This document shows positions 61,193-64,000 of a DNA stretch of 64,000 nucleotides, piece after piece. A program made the translations under genes and the position numbers. This stretch comes from Isurus oxyrinchus (lineage: Eukaryota). Location: NCBI GenBank assembly GCA_026770705.1, contig JANJGN010000026.1, positions 33,294,001-33,358,000 on the forward strand, written 5' to 3'. Each line of letters starts with the position of its first letter. Positions within the stretch are counted from its first letter, which is position 1. Under the pieces are notes generated by a model. That model was given only the letters and a program-made list of their open reading frames with translations, made no database searches and was not told where the DNA came from.

Positions 61193-63806
61193 GTAAGTGA
61201 CTCCAGCCACCCTCCCCCTCACACCTGTTGCGGCCTGTCCTAGCTAATGTTCACCCGCTGCTTTTTATTGTGCTCAGTGTCAGTTCAGTCTAACGAAAAG
61301 GAAAACAGATGGTTTTCATAAGGAAACCTCTCTGTTGGCTTTTTCGATTTGGGGGCAGAATATTATTCAGGAGCCGGGTCGAATGTCTAGGTGAAACTAT
61401 GTGTGAGATCTGTCAGACTAGGCGGTCAACGGGATCAGGGTGGGTGGAGGATGGAGTGTGGGGACGTGAGGGAGGGGATTTTAAGTTTGGAGGAGCATGA
61501 GGGTTCGCTGCATCTGAACCATTATTAGTTTCACTGGTACATCGGGGGCCATCAATCCCTCTGATTCACAATCCTAATCATTTGTAAGTTTGGAATTGCT
61601 AACATTTATCTCTTTTGAATGTAGATTTTTGAGATACTGGATTGCTTTAATTTATCTGTATCTGTGATTTCTGCAAATTAAAACAACACAGAGCAGTGGG
61701 AGAGTGAGGATGATGCACTAAACTGCTAGAAGGGAACAGGAACATCAGAGAACAATAATCATCGAAATCAAGAGAAAGGTTGGATGATTTCTGGGAGCCG
61801 TTCAAAATTCTTCCTGGCACGAGGGTGGGGGGTGAGGTTTATGGAGGGACAGGCTGCAATGGGTCCAGTCTGGAATGCTAGGTAAACGCTTGACCTCTTT
61901 GTTAAGGAAAGATCTAAATCCTTTGGAGTGAGTGCAACAAAGTTTCATCAGACTGATTGCTGAGATAAAGTCTTACGAGAAGAGATTGAATTGTCTGGGT
62001 CTATATTGCCTCGGGTTTCGAGGAATTGAGATGTAATCTCATTTGAAACATGTAATATGGAAGTCAGGGCAGATTCCCGGTGGATGTTTCCCAAGGCTGG
62101 AAAGTCTATAACTATGGGTCAAAGTTTCAGAATAAACATTCGGCCATTAGAACTCAGAAGAGGAGAAGTCAAACCATTGTTGTGAATCTGTACCTCAGAG
62201 AGCTTTGGATACTCAGTGCTGACTGTACTTAGGACGGTATTCGATAGATCTTTGGATACTAAAAGAATGAAGGGATATGGGGGCACTGCTGTAATGTGAT
62301 TTTGAGGATGGAGATCAGCGACGATGTTATTGAATGGCAGAGCAGGTTTGAAAGGTGCTATAGCAGCCTCTCCATCTCTTTGTTAGGTTCTCTGCTTTGA
62401 TTTCTTACATTCCTGAGAAATGCAATCAGCAACAATCCACGTCTCTCTAGAACGATTGAACAGGCTGGGCCACTTTTCATTGTAAAAGAGGAAACCGAGG
62501 AGATATCAGAGAAACCTTTTAATTATGAATGTGTTCAATCGGGTGGATGTGGAGCAACTGGTAATTTGAGGCTGAGTCCAGAGCAATAGGAGATTATTAT
62601 AAGGTAGCCACTAATTGAAAATAAAAGGCATTAAGAAAAATACATTTGCATGAACACGTGTCAGAATGTGGAACTGGAGGTCACATGGAGTGGCTGGAGC
62701 AGAGAGCATTGATAGATTTATGGGAAGACTTCAAATTACAAGAGGAAGAGCGGAATAAACAGGCAGAAGGATGTGGACCGAATTGGTCATTTAGATTTCG
62801 GGCAGGAAGGGCTGGTTTGGAGTGTAAACATAGGCATCAATCAATTAGGCCGAATGACCTATTCCTCTTCTGCAGATTGTGTATAATGTAAAACCTTCGA
62901 GAATACTCCGCTCAGAGAACCAGGGACAGAATCAGTCAATGAGCGGAAAGAATTGAAATTGTCAGAGAGCCGGAAGAGACAGCTCCCAGTGAGTAACAGG
63001 GAAACCACTGCGGAAACTGAACAGACTGATCCCAACCGACAACTGAGAGAGATTGGGACAAGTTCCCACGATTGCAAAAAGCGCAAACAGCACATTAACG
63101 TAAAATAAAGTGAGAGTAACTGTAAATATTTCAAATTAAAAGGACACGGAGAAATTTGGGCCCTCATGTTAGATGAATATAGAGAAACAGATCAAAAAGT
63201 TGATTGAAACTCCCGAGCAGTGGTCAACTCCAGCAAATGATTAACCTTTGACCACCTATGTTCACTATCGGTTTGGCCCAATCAGTGCTGATGAATCTCA
63301 TCAAGTTATTATGGATCTTGCTTTGATGCTACACAGTTCGGTTAGTCTCGGGCAATCATTTTGGAAACTGATTGCTTCGCTGATAATAAAATGTTCCTTC
63401 TGGAAAAATAGAAACAGAAATGTAATATTCATTACATGCTGCACTGCAGTTGAAATCCGGTCCATCTTGTCGGTGCTGCCCCTCTAAAAATGCAACCCAA
63501 TTATCCCCACTACTCTCTTTCCCCGTAGCCCTGTGTTTTTCCATGTTCCAACATACATCCATTACTCGTTTGGAAACACCCTTAACCAATTTCACCGTCT
63601 GTTCAGACAATGCATGCCAAATAGTAAGAACTCGCTCTGAAACACAAAATAACACCTCATCCTTTCACTGCTTCATATTTCAATAACAGTGAATGAAGTT
63701 AAAGCATGTTATAAATTAAACAAACTCACCCAAAACCAGAGCATCTACTGCGATTAACAAGTTTCCCAGTCTCTAAATAGATTAAGATCAAATTTTTCTC
63801 CTGCAG

Positions 63807-64000
63807 ATTCCAGTTCCATTGTATCCCAGAATCCGCCTGTCCAAACCTCTGCTGTGGGTGACACCGTTACTTTAAGCTGTGAGTATTCAGGTGTCTGTCA
63901 GTACACAGTACACTGGTACCGTCAGTCCCCAGGACAGGCTCCGGATTACTTGCTTCAGAGACATGCTTCAGGAGAAGAGGATAAAGAAAACACTGTTGGG
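63807..64000 (+). CDS. Second supporting TCR-delta V (5' part, truncated by the window end)
   Basis: Matches 16400-16593 and is open so far. Confidence 0.9.

Larger units (their letters stand above)
47383..64000 (+). repeat. Young direct segmental duplication of 32-16593, continuing past the window end
   Basis: Collinear and near-identical, with scattered SNPs and short indels. Offset is 47351 at the start and 47407 at the end. Confidence 0.97.

Overview
Eukaryotic genomic DNA from a shark or other cartilaginous fish (inferred from the repeat families and genes; the species cannot be fixed from sequence alone). It is part of the variable-gene region of the T-cell receptor alpha/delta locus. 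The key element is a NAR-TCR cassette with three parts: a leader plus IgNAR-like V (12879-13357), a dedicated J (13732-13784) and a leaderless supporting TCR-delta V with a CDR1 cysteine (16400-16705). The NAR-type V runs about 7 codons past YYCKA, ends in a 12-bp-spacer RSS and faces a 23-RSS J with no recognisable D between them, which suggests a germline-joined V-D. The supporting V carries two tandem, near-consensus 23-RSSs. Nine distinct conventional TCR V pseudogenes lie on both strands. Also present are an intact two-exon GPR139-like GPCR gene (41947-44433), a decayed retroviral env plus LTR remnant (about 45.7-47.1 kb), CR1-type LINEs, SINEs, Penelope-like ends and several tandem repeats. 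Positions 32-16593 recur nearly identically at 47383-64000 (young segmental duplication, offset about 47.35 kb). The second NAR-TCR V is frameshifted. All translations, RSS spacer counts and alignments were done by eye, and repeat boundaries are approximate.
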